From the NCBI GenBank assembly GCA_963844715.1, contig CAWJPJ010000006.1, positions 512,001-576,000 of the forward strand: a stretch of DNA of 64,000 nucleotides. Direction: 5' to 3'. Origin of the DNA: an uncultured Phycisphaerales bacterium. Its GTDB lineage: Bacteria; Planctomycetota; Phycisphaerae; Tepidisphaerales; Tepidisphaeraceae. The notes beneath the pieces were generated by a model. It did not search any database. It was not told where the DNA came from and was given only the letters and a program-made list of their open reading frames with translations. Positions 23,551-33,299 of this stretch are shown here, piece after piece. The position numbers were made by a program, and so were the translations under genes. The first letter of the stretch is position 1. Every line of letters starts with the position of its first letter.

Positions 23551-24944
23551 GACCACTCGGTTTTTTCTTTAGCCGCCGATCCCGATTCAGCGGAAGCCTC
23601 AGCGCTCCGCTCTGGAGGTACCAGGGAATCATCGCCCTTGCACTCCATCGCCTCGTCATCGGCCCCCGGCGCTGCGCTCCTGGGCGAGGGCCGACGCCGA
23701 CGCGACGGAGCTACAGAAACTATGAAGCCGAGCCTTCCTCGGGACGTTGAACACGGAGCATAAAATCTCCGGTTATTACACGAGCTCACCCCGCGTGGGG
23801 CGGCTCAAACGTCATCCTTTGAGAAAGGACTCGGCCATGAAGATTCTCGCCATCGATCTCGGTAAGAACAAGAGCGTTTTTGTGGATTACATCACCGATC
23901 ACGGCACGATGGAAGGCAAAGCCGCCGAACATGAGTTCGGCAAGGTGGCCACTGATCCCGCTGCCATTCACGACTTGCTCACCCACCGCGCCCCCGACCG
24001 CCTGGTGATTGAGGCGGGACCGGCGGCGGGATGGGTGCACGACCTAGCCGAAACACTGGGCATCCCGATCCAGGTCGCCAACGCCAACGACCAGCGTTGG
24101 CAGTGGAAGCTGGTGAAGAACAAGACCGACCGCACCGATGCCCTGAAGCTGGCGCAGATGTCGGAGATGGGATGCCTGCCGACGGTTCACATGCCGGCGA
24201 CGAAGGTGAGGCAATGGCGGTCGTTTATCGAATACCGCCACGGCCTGGTGGGCCGAAGAACCATGATCAAGAACAACATCCGCGCCATCTTCGAGCGCAG
24301 GGTTTGAAGCTGCCCGCCGGTGACAAAGCCTGGGCGGCGGCGGGAATCGTCGAATGGAGCAAGGCGGCGCAGGATGCGTCACGCCGGCGGAACAGTTGTG
24401 GCGTTTCCAGTTGCATGTGGAACTCAAGCTGCTGGAGGGATTGGAAGAACAGATCAGGCAGGTGGAATTGAAGCTGGCGGAACTGGCCAGGGCGGATCAG
24501 CGCGTCAGGCAATTGAGGACCGCCCCGTGGGTCGGCCCGCGCCTCAGCGAGGCGGTGGTCACGATCATCGACGATCCCCATCGTTTCAAGAGTGCCCGGC
24601 AGGTCAGCAGCTATTCGGGCCTGACACCACGGCGCTGGCAGAGCGGCGAAAGCGATCGCCAGGGCCACATCAGCCACGCCGGCAACCGCCTGCTGCGGGG
24701 ATTGCTGGTGGAGGTCGCCTGGCTGGGCGTGCGTGCCAACACCTGGATGAAGCAGGTGTATGAGAACGTCCGCCGCGGCAGCGACAAGCGAAAGAAGATT
24801 GCCATCGTCGCCGTGGCCCGGAGGCTGCTGGTCAAGCTGTGGGCCATGTTGCGCGATGGAACCGATTGGAAAGACCACGCGGCGGCGACGGGAATGCCGA
24901 CGCCGGCGTGATGATCGGAAGAAGGCAGCTAAAGAGGAAAGGTC
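23551..24944 (+). mobile_element. IS110-family element (ends approximate)
   Basis: IS110 recombinase flanked by 17-bp imperfect inverted repeats (23561-23577 and 24924-24940, 14/17 match); ~260 bp structured 5' non-coding region. Confidence 0.75.
23837..24911 (+). CDS. IS110 family transposase/recombinase (frameshifts near 24298 and 24378)
   Basis: RuvC-like DEDD: AIDLG, VIEAG, KTDRTDA; C-terminal YSGLTP..QSG, GNRLLR, AVARRL. Confidence 0.9.
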
Positions 24945-24949
24945 AATGA

Positions 24950-26030
24950 TGTTGCGTTGGCGTCGTAGGTGTAGGTGGTCTCGCCGCCATATTGATCATA
25001 CGAATCGATCTTCTGGCCGAGGGTGTTGTAGTCGATGTGAGAAGTCTGGACAGTCGGAGTGGGAGTGTAAACCGTGACGTAGTGAGGGTCACTGGTGTTG
25101 GTATCGACCTGAATTCCGGCAAGACCGCCGGAAGTCACCGGGAGGATGTTGGACGTGATGCCATTTTTTGTGCCGGTGTACGGCGTTATCACCTCATAAG
25201 TCGCCTGATATGTGTCGGTCAATCGGCCAGCCGAATCATAGACGCTGGTCGTACCGACCCAGCCGTTGACCGTCGCTCCCGTGGGAGAAGTCCAAGTCTT
25301 GTAAACATATTGAAGCACGGTCTGCCCGGCGGCGTTGTAGGCGTAGAACGTTTCCTGACCTGCTGCGTTGGTTGAGAACTCCGCGCACCGTACAACGCGC
25401 CAGCGTCAGGGACCCATTGCTCGGATGTGCCGTTGTATGTGTAATCACTCGTCCCGTAGTAGCCGTCCGTCGACAGCGTGGCCTCAAGAGCAGCGCCTGT
25501 GACTTGGCCGGAGGCGGTAATAATCGCCGTTACCTGCTGAGTTAGATCCACCTCACCCGGGGCCGTGTTCTGGGTAGAGTTCGTGTAGGTGTTCGCCGTT
25601 CCTTGCGCCAGCCAGGCGCCGGCCAGGGACGGGTCGGGTGCCACGCCGGTAAGGGAATAGAGCACATTTCCGCCGGCGGAATAGTCCGTGACGCTTTCAG
25701 ACTGAACGACGGGAGCGTAGCCGGTGCTCGGGCCGCTAATATCAACTTGAGTGAACTCCGGCTTCGCGACGTCGAGCGTTTGTGTAAAGTTGGGCGCGAC
25801 TGAAGTTGGGTCGAGACCTGACGGGTCGCCCAATCCCGCGTCAGCCAGGCTGTTGTCCGACGGCTCAGCCACGTATACGTAATCGAGGTAGTTCGTTGTT
25901 TTGATCGTGCCGCTGGAATCAACTTGCTGCGAAATGGACGAGACCAAACCATTTCCCGGATCGTCGGAACTGTTGGACGTATCAAATTGCTCTTGAGCCG
26001 TCCAGGAGTCGGCGGCGGGCTGCGCGGAAA
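24950..26030 (-). pseudogene. Internal fragment of an RHS/YD-repeat protein
   Basis: YNAAGQ, VYDSAGRLT, YNTLGQKIDSYDQYGGETTYTYDA repeats; no start; ends at the IS110 boundary. Confidence 0.7.
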
Positions 26031-26220
26031 TCCTCCCTTTGGCTGGTTTATCGGTTGTCGTGCTTACATTCGTTGCGCAAGCTTACCAGCAATCCAAAAG
26101 CATTGTTATCTTGATGTTTTCGGGCTTTAGTCGGGGAGATGGAATACGTGGCTTTCTTATCCCTTCTTTAGTGTTGATAACCTATTTTATCTGTAGTACC
26201 GGCCGTGCTAGTCTGAAGGG

Positions 26221-26575
26221 GTGAATCCTCTGGATCAAAATGAAGATGGACTCAACTTCACGGCCGGCCGCGAGCATGGGGTCGTCCGTCGGCGCCGCCA
26301 CGCTCTCTCTCCCACCGAGTTCTGGAAGCTGGCCGACGTGCCTCCCGAAGCGGAGTGGTTCGGAAACATTCAAAATAAAAACACACGCCGAGCGTACCGC
26401 AACGATGTTCTAGAATTTATTTCCTTCACCCGTTTGAAGAATTCGGAAAGCTTGCGAACTGTCACGCGTGCCCATGTCATAGCATGGCGAAAAAGTTTGG
26501 AAGCACGGGAACTTGAGCCGGCGACGATCCGGCGGAAGCTTGCTGCCGTGTCGAGTTTGTACGAATCGCTGAGCA
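26221..26575 (+). pseudogene. N-terminal (core-binding) fragment of a tyrosine recombinase
   Basis: NTRRAYRNDV..VTRAHVIAWR..ATIRRKLAAVSSLY; catalytic domain absent. Confidence 0.7.
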
Positions 26576-26594
26576 CGCACAAGACTTCCACTGT

Positions 26595-26957
26595 GTGTTC
26601 GATGCGAATACCCCATTTCGCTTCATGCAAGCCGGTCGGCGTGTTGACGCGGATGCCTACGAATACCTTCTCGAATACTACAGCAAGTTTTTGTCATCAA
26701 CCACTGGCGGGACGCGAGCCGACGAAATCGTTCTAGCCCTGGGTGCCGCGCATCACGGCTTAGTGGTTTCAAATGACAGGTTCCGTCATTCCGACCAGCG
26801 TCGTCAACACCCTTGGATCGCTGATGATAGGCGCGTGCTGCGAGTTAACCGGGTCCGGGATTCCCTTTACTTCAATGGCCGGTTTCTCCGAATCTGCGGC
26901 ATTCAGGCTGCGATGAATCGCCTTGAGGCCGTGATCAATCGAAGATTCACGGTGTAG
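26595..26957 (+). CDS. NYN/Zc3h12a-like PIN ribonuclease fragment (probably 5'-truncated)
   Basis: ADEIVLALG..GLVVSNDRFRH resembles the conserved D..VSNDxF motif. Confidence 0.5.
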   Translation: MFDANTPFRFMQAGRRVDADAYEYLLEYYSKFLSSTTGGTRADEIVLALGAAHHGLVVSNDRFRHSDQRRQHPWIADDRRVLRVNRVRDSLYFNGRFLRICGIQAAMNRLEAVINRRFTV

Positions 26958-27176
26958 GAGGTTCCGCCATGACACGATCTCAGAGCCCTGGTGCTTCGAG
27001 TCACCGGCCGGTGCCGGACGACGAACCAATTGAAATCATCGCGCACGCACTGTTGTTGATTAATGCGGGCACACCCCTCCGTTCCATGTGCCGAGAGCTG
27101 CGCGACTCGATGCGCTCCTTAGCCCGCCCGATGTTATGCAAGCGCACACAGCGCGGATGATTGAGGAGCAACAGAA

Positions 27177-27503
27177 ATGAAGAATATTCTTACATCCCGT
27201 GGTGTCGAGACCGAGTTGCTAGACCGGCTGACGCGGATCGAGGAATTGATGAACACCCTTGCCGGCAGGCAAATGGTCAAAGACTTTTACACTGTCGAGG
27301 AAGTTGCAAAGCTCATGAACCGCTCGGCCTATTGCGTCAGAGAATGGTGTCGGGGCCGTCGCGTTCACGCAACGAAAGCAGCGTCGGGGCGCGGGCGAAG
27401 CTGCGAATGGCGCCTCTCACATGCCGAATTGCAGCGGCTCCGCAACGAAGGGCTCTTGCCTCTCCTCAGAAAAAGCAACACGACGATGCGTGTTGCAAAA
27501 TGA
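27177..27503 (+). CDS. Excisionase-like helix-turn-helix protein
   Basis: FYTVEEVAKLMNRSAYCVREWCRGRRVHA; convergent with the integrase. Confidence 0.75.
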   Translation: MKNILTSRGVETELLDRLTRIEELMNTLAGRQMVKDFYTVEEVAKLMNRSAYCVREWCRGRRVHATKAASGRGRSCEWRLSHAELQRLRNEGLLPLLRKSNTTMRVAK

Positions 27504-27513
27504 AATGTCCAGA

Positions 27514-28734
27514 CTATTTTCCAAAAAGCAGTTTCATCGCCTGCCTTTCCTGGCTTGGGAAAAAATGACGATACCTGGCCTGCATTTCGGACGTTTGATG
27601 GCCTAACCAATAGTCGATCGTGCGCTGATCAATTCCTGCTGCCGCCGCGTTGCTGGCAAACGAATGGCGGAAGACATGCCAGCCCTTCAAATTTGCCCAG
27701 CGACTACCCTCAAGCGCCCAGGAAAATGATGCGTGATCATCTGCGGTGAGAGCGGCTCGTCCACTCGCTCGCAAAAGGCATACCGGCCGCCGGGGTAATG
27801 GCCGAACCAATCCTTCATCACGTTCATTAAAAGAGGCGACATCGGGACGGTACGGATCGTAAAATCTTTCGTCCGATCCCGCTTCTTTTCGCGTATCCGA
27901 ACAATCGCATTGCGGAAATCGAAATCCGTCACTTCCGCTCGTAATAGTTCGCCACGACGACTGCCGGTGTGAGTGATGAAAACGAACGCCGGATACAGAA
28001 AGCCGAAACGACTATGTTCCTTCACCCAGGTCAGGCACTCGTCGATTTGCGACAAATTGAGAAACACGCTTTCCCAGAGCCGACCCTTTTCTTCCGGTGA
28101 CAACCCACCTCTGTGTACCCGCTGCTCGATTTCATCTAACGTGATAAACGGCAATTTACTTTTTGTTTTTGGGAAAATCAGACCCGTCGTCGGCGCCGGG
28201 CCGCTGACCAATCCCTTCACGACGCCCCACCGGTTCCATACGCTACTAAACGAACCGATTTCTTTCTTTATTGTGACTTGGCTCACCGGTAAGCCGTTGC
28301 GTCCGATTTCCTTCGCACGACTGTCGACGTACCGCTGCATCACTTCCATCGTAATTGAGCGAACCCCGGTCCGTGGGCCAATTATCCGTTCCAAATGTCC
28401 GAGGTGGATCGTCTCAGTATAGAGCGTGCTTTTCTCCTTCGCGCCGGCGGTGAACTCCGCTCGGTAGCGACGGAAGAAAGTAGACAGCGTCACGGACTCC
28501 GCGACTTTCGGCTTGTCGGTAATCTTGCCGTCCGTAAGAAGAAACAGTCCGAGATTGCCGTCAGGCGGCGGCGCTAGCTTTCCCCGCTCCAGCAGGATTA
28601 AGTTTTCCTCTACGTGTCCGAGCAAGGCGTTGGCTTCGCGCTCGCTCTCGGTTTTCAAGGTCTGGTGGTAAGTCTTGCCGTTGTAGCGGAAAGCTGACAC
28701 GATAGTTGTCGCCCCGCTTTTCGATCCATGCCAT
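27514..28734 (-). CDS. Tyrosine integrase (frameshifts near 28690 and 27722)
   Basis: Arm domain MAWIEKRG..; TGSRRGE (R), HVFRH (HxxR), LGH, RYRH (Y). Confidence 0.9.
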
Positions 28735-28771
28735 GGAACCTCCCCATGCAGATGCGACGCAATCGCAATAC

Positions 28772-28817
28772 TGCTCCCAAATTGCTCCCAAAATACATTG
28801 GACGGCCTTTGGGAGCA
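28772..28817. repeat. Putative integrase arm-type sites (TGCTCCCAA x2 plus one inverted copy)
   Basis: Copies at 28772 and 28783; TTGGGAGCA at 28809-28817. Confidence 0.65.
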
Positions 28818-28874
28818 AAAGCAGATTAGTCAATTTCTGTCTGCAATACTAACGAATTGAGTGTGGAAAAGCAA

Positions 28875-28945
28875 CTGGGGAACTAGGATTCGAACCTAGA
28901 CAAGCAGATCCAGAGTCTGCTGTGCTACCGTTACACCATTCCCCA
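28875..28945 (-). tRNA. tRNA-Gln(CTG)
   Basis: tggggaa/ttcccca acceptor stem, gcaga-ctCTGga-tctgc anticodon arm, ggttcgaatcc T-loop; CCA not encoded. Confidence 0.95.
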
Positions 28946-29021
28946 AACAATCCAGCGCAGATCGGGCTGATCTGCGCGGCGTATTCTGATTTTACAGAAA
29001 TGGCTGGCCACTTGGCCAGAA

Positions 29022-29621
29022 TCAGCGCACGGTGCACGTACACAAAAGACCCGGTGATGAAGACGGGCGGATAGGGCTGCGGGCCCCAGTATGGGCCGTA
29101 GCCGTAGTAGTACGGGAAGACCCGCGTGAAATAGCAGGATTGCGGGAAGACCTGGCTGCCGATCTCCTCGGCCCAGCGAGGGTCAGGGGAGACATCTTCA
29201 TGTTGTCCAAATCCGACCCGGGGAGGAATGGGAAATAGACGACCAGCGTGATGCTCTGCCCCGGCGAGATGGACATCGGCTGAACCGGAACGCCCGCCGG
29301 CGGCAAAAAGTTGATCATCGAGCCGTCGCTCAAAACCAGTGTGCGCGGATCGAAGGTCATCATTTCCGGCGCGGTGTTCTGCAATTGGAAATGAACTTCC
29401 ACGGAGAACGGAATTCCCGCGTCACGATCGGCGCGGCGAACGCCTTCGACGGTCGCCCAAGCCGTCGCGGCGGGCGGCGCTTGAGGCTCGGTGGTTGGAA
29501 CCTGTGCGATCGCCGGCCTCGGCACGTAATCGTAGTCGCCGATGTAGGCGGAGCAGCCACCGGCTAAGAGCATCACACTGAGAAGGCATATTGAAATGCG
29601 AGACATAGGAGCCTCCGTCAT
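29022..29621 (-). CDS. Hypothetical lipoprotein (probable frameshift near 29178)
   Basis: Signal peptide with LAGGC lipobox-like motif. Confidence 0.55.
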   Translation of the reverse strand: MTEAPMSRISICLLSVMLLAGGCSAYIGDYDYVPRPAIAQVPTTEPQAPPAATAWATVEGVRRADRDAGIPFSVEVHFQLQNTAPEMMTFDPRTLVLSDGSMINFLPPAGVPVQPMSISPGQSITLVVYFPFLPGSDLDNMKMSPLTLAGPRRSAARSSRNPAISRGSSRTTTATAHTGARSPIRPSSSPGLLCTCTVR

Positions 29622-29642
29622 CCGACCGTTCCGGAGAATTTT

Positions 29643-29765
29643 TCCCCTCGCCCCATGTACTCCTTTAGTTTCGGCACGATGGGCAAGGGTGAGGGGCGAT
29701 TTTCGGTCTTCGAAAGCCGCCCCTCACCCTTGCCCTCTCCCCGGATTACCGGGGAGAGGGGATAA
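29643..29765. repeat. Paired REP-like palindromic elements
   Basis: gggcaagggtgaggggcg / cgcccctcacccttgccc inverted pair plus ccctctccccgg-atta-ccggggagaggg hairpin. Confidence 0.78.
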
Positions 29766-30443
29766 ATGCTGGCGCAACCTCCTGTACGAGCCAACCGCAA
29801 AGCCGTCGTAACCCTTCGCGCCGACCGTTTGCATGGCGGTCGCGGTTACCCGGCGTTCGCGGGCGATCATTTCATTCAGCCGTCGAACGCCCTGCACGGC
29901 GGCGTCCGGGCTTTTCGCATTGATCACCTCGCCCTCGCGGACCACGTTGTCCACGACAATCAGCGTACCGCGCCGGGCGAGTTTCAGGGACCATTGGAAA
30001 TACTCGGCATTGTTGGGCTTATCCGCATCAATGAATACCAAATCAAACGGCCCGCGTTTTTCCTTCGCAAGGACTGGAAGAGTATCGAGGGCCTTGCCGA
30101 CGCGGATCTCGACCTGATCGGCCAATCCAGCGCGGCTGATGTTTTGGCGGGCGATTTCCGCATGGCGCGGGTCGGATTCGAGAGTCACGACGTGCCCGCC
30201 CGGCACTAGGCCGCGGGCCAGCCAGATTGTGCTGTACCCGCCGAGGGTGCCGATCTCGAGGATATTTGTGGCCGAGATGGCTTTGGCCAAAATCATGAGG
30301 AGCTTTCCCTGATTGGCCGACACGTTAATCGCCGGCAAACCTGCCGCGGCGCTGGCCTTCAGCGTCTCATCCAGCGCGGGATCGGGCCCGATCAATACAT
30401 CGACCAGGTATCGATCCACGGCGGACCATTGTTCTTCAGACAT
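29724..30443 (-). CDS. O-methyltransferase (Methyltransf_3 family); 3' end uncertain
   Basis: ILEIGTLGGYSTIW, FDLVFIDADK, VVDNVV, KGYDGF. Confidence 0.88.
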   Translation of the reverse strand: MSEEQWSAVDRYLVDVLIGPDPALDETLKASAAAGLPAINVSANQGKLLMILAKAISATNILEIGTLGGYSTIWLARGLVPGGHVVTLESDPRHAEIARQNISRAGLADQVEIRVGKALDTLPVLAKEKRGPFDLVFIDADKPNNAEYFQWSLKLARRGTLIVVDNVVREGEVINAKSPDAAVQGVRRLNEMIARERRVTATAMQTVGAKGYDGFAVGSYRRLRQHLSPLPGNPGRGQG

Positions 30444-30451
30444 AGACACCC

Positions 30452-31042
30452 TCAGCTGTTCACCGTTAGCATCGCCATCAGCCGGTCGTGCAAGCCGGAG
30501 CATTCCGCCGACAAAGTTCTCAGAAATTCCTTCCGCTGGGGGTTCCGCTCATGGTCGCGCAACGCATCGCACAAGGCCACCGCGTATCCCATCGCCTGCG
30601 CTTGGGTGAAGAGTAGGTGCAATTGGAATTTCTTGCCATCGGAAAAAAGAAGCTCCCGCGCAGTCAGGCTGGCGGTGATGTCCCGGCTGCGCTGTTCGAT
30701 TTCCGGAAGATTCGTGTCACCCAAATTCAGCGCCGGATCGGAGACCGAAAAAGATTGCAGCTTGGCCTGGGCGGCTTTGCAGGTATCACCGACTTGTCGA
30801 ACCAGGTCCCCCACCGAGTCCGGGGCGTGTTTGATGACGAAGATTTGCCCGACTTTCGATTCGTCCTTCATCAGGCCATAGAGAATCCCGTAGCCATCGA
30901 CTTGCTGTTGGAGGATCCCCGTATCCGGGGGCGCGGGCCTGCATGTACACGCATTGAGGAGGAAACCAATTAGAACAGCACCATACACGCGGCAGGTTCG
31001 GGCCATCAATCGCTTATACCGATGTGAGTGCAATTCAGCCAA
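30452..31042 (-). CDS. Hypothetical exported/lipoprotein, predicted helical
   Basis: ORF co-oriented with neighbours; hydrophobic N-terminus ending LNAC. Confidence 0.55.
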   Translation of the reverse strand: MAELHSHRYKRLMARTCRVYGAVLIGFLLNACTCRPAPPDTGILQQQVDGYGILYGLMKDESKVGQIFVIKHAPDSVGDLVRQVGDTCKAAQAKLQSFSVSDPALNLGDTNLPEIEQRSRDITASLTARELLFSDGKKFQLHLLFTQAQAMGYAVALCDALRDHERNPQRKEFLRTLSAECSGLHDRLMAMLTVNS

Positions 31043-31051
31043 TGGCTACAT

Positions 31052-31840
31052 TCAGACCTGCGTGGGCGGACTCTTGGACGAACTCTCCGTCTCCCGCTCC
31101 TTGATCCGGTCGCGCAAACGGGCGGCTTCCTCATAGCGCTCCGCGCGCACGGCTCGCTCCAGGTCATTTTGCAGCTTGGTCATGGGATCAATCGGCATCT
31201 TCTTGCGGATGTCCGCGCGAAACGCTTCAGCACCCGCACTTCGCTGGACCGATTAAAAGACTCCTCCTGCCCAAAGCGGGTGAAGAACATGCGAATCGAT
31301 TGGAGGCCCTTTTTGACGGCCTTGAGGGCGCCGGGGTAGTCCTTTTGATTGTAAGCCAGCGAGGCCTGCCCGCGCAGCGTTCATCATGACGATGTACGGG
31401 CGGTATTGCTCAAGGATGAGCCGGTCGTGTTCATCCGTGGCGTAGCGTCCGCATAAGTCGAGCACGCGCAGATTCCGCGCGGTGTCGCGGACCACGCCGG
31501 GGAAATCCTCCAGGACGAACAGGCTCAGATATCGATGATAGTACATCACCGCTTCGTCGCGCAGCGACTGGCATTGCTCGGCCGTCAGCTGAAAGCCCAG
31601 TTCCGTGCCGTTGCGCACGCGATGTTCATTGAGTTCGCGTTCGAAATAATCGAGCAGCGATTCGCACCCATAAGGCCGTGCGCCGTCGGGCCGGCCGGTC
31701 AGTTCCATCTGCAATAGCCCGAGGTCCAGGCGCATCTGCAGCTTGGGCTGGCCGTCCGCGCCGTTGATCTTGCGAACGTTGATGGTCCCAGGCTCGTAGT
31801 CCCAACCTCGCAAAACGCCGGCGATATCCTTATTCGGCAT
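31052..31840 (-). CDS. UvrB/UvrC-motif containing protein (frameshifts near 31370 and 31215)
   Basis: LQMRLDLGLLQMELTGRPDG, YYHRYL; C-terminal UVR motif LERAVRAERYEEAARLRDRI in another frame. Confidence 0.75.
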
Positions 31841-31982
31841 TTTTCCCTCGTTGGGCGTGGGTGAACGACTCATTGCACAAACTCCCGAGATTCCTTTCAG
31901 TAGCCGGGTTCATTATAGCATCATTGCGCAGATTTTCCGTCGAACTTTTGGCGCGGGCGACAGGCTGCGCATTTTTACTTCT

Positions 31983-32056
31983 CCCCTCTCCCCGGTAATC
32001 CGGGGAGAGGGTTAGGGTGAGGGGCGGTTTTCGAAGACCCCTCACTCCTGCCCTCT
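31983..32056. repeat. REP-like palindromic element
   Basis: ccctctccccgg-taat-ccggggagagggttagggtgagggg..cccctcac. Confidence 0.75.
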
Positions 32057-32099
32057 ACCGCAAGCCCTCGATCTTGCCTATCCTAATGGTGAAGCAATT

Positions 32100-33299
32100 A
32101 TGGAAGAGACCTTACCAAACTCGCCCGCCGAATTGGCATTGCCTAATCCGCTACACGATTTGCACGAGCGGGCGGAGGCGGAATTTCAGCTTTATGGGGG
32201 CGTGGAAATCGTTTGCACTTTCGGCCAGCCCCAAGCCGAATATTCGGCACTACATAAGGGATGCGCGCTGATGGATTTGCCGCAACGCGGCATCCTGCAA
32301 GTCGGCGGGAAAGATCGGCTCGATTTTCTGAACCGATTGCTCACGAACCAGCTTATTAATAAGGAGACGAAAAAGCCGCTCGCCGCGGGTGAGGGGGTTT
32401 ATGCGTTCCTTCTGAACCAAAAGGGGCGGATCATTGCAGATTTGAATGTCCTGGAGCGAGGCGAATTTACCTATCTTGAGACGGATGCCCGGATGATCGC
32501 GCCGGTGGAGGTTGAACTCAAGAAATATCTCTTTCGGGAAAAGGTGACGTTCGCATCCCAGATTGGGCAATTACACCAGATTGCCCTGCACGGCCCGCAA
32601 GCCGCGGCGATTATGAATGAGTTCGCCGCCGATGTTCCCTTGGCGGGGCCGTTGAGATCGTTTAGCGCCAAAGTCCTCGAGACCGACGTAACTGTGTGGC
32701 GTGACGACATCACCGCCTCCCCCGGGCTTTTCATAATATTGCCATTGGATTCGGCGGCCCAGTTCTGGCGGAAATTGCTGGAGCGATTTTCTCGCCCCGA
32801 ATCGCTGGCAGCCAGCCCCACGGCTCAGCCCGCCAAGCGCGGCGTCTGGCCCTGCGGCTGGGCCGCGTTTAACGCGGCACGCATCGAGGCTGGCCGCGCC
32901 TTGTTCGGGATCGACTTCGACGGCACCGTCCTCCCCGCCGAAACCGGCCAATTCAACCGCGCCGTGAGCGTCACCAAGGGGTGCTACGTCGGCCAGGAGG
33001 TCGTCGCCCGCATGCATGCCCGGCAGCAGGTTCCCCGCCTCGTCGTTGGGATCAAAATGGAACTCGACGCTCTGCCCGTGGCGGGCGCGGGCATTTTTGA
33101 TGCGGAGCAAAATCGCGTCGGGCAAATCACCAGCAGCACGATCTCTCCGATCATGTCCAACGCCGCCATCTGTCTGGGAATGGTAAAAAAACCGTTCATG
33201 GCGTCCGGAACGCAACTGCACATCGCGGCGGAGGGCGCCATCCGCACCGGGTTCGTCGTCGATCTGCCGTTCGTATTGCGGCGGGAGCAGGAAAAGTGA
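32100..33299 (+). CDS. ygfZ: YgfZ/GcvT-like folate-binding protein
   Basis: KGCYVGQEVVAR signature; GKDRLDFLNRLLTN. Confidence 0.85.
   Translation: MEETLPNSPAELALPNPLHDLHERAEAEFQLYGGVEIVCTFGQPQAEYSALHKGCALMDLPQRGILQVGGKDRLDFLNRLLTNQLINKETKKPLAAGEGVYAFLLNQKGRIIADLNVLERGEFTYLETDARMIAPVEVELKKYLFREKVTFASQIGQLHQIALHGPQAAAIMNEFAADVPLAGPLRSFSAKVLETDVTVWRDDITASPGLFIILPLDSAAQFWRKLLERFSRPESLAASPTAQPAKRGVWPCGWAAFNAARIEAGRALFGIDFDGTVLPAETGQFNRAVSVTKGCYVGQEVVARMHARQQVPRLVVGIKMELDALPVAGAGIFDAEQNRVGQITSSTISPIMSNAAICLGMVKKPFMASGTQLHIAAEGAIRTGFVVDLPFVLRREQEK

Larger units (their letters stand above)
19932..28898. mobile_element. Genomic island integrated at the 3' end of tRNA-Gln
   Basis: 27-bp direct repeat caactggggaactaggattcgaaccta at 19932-19958 and 28872-28898; tyrosine integrase next to the tRNA. 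Confidence 0.9.
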
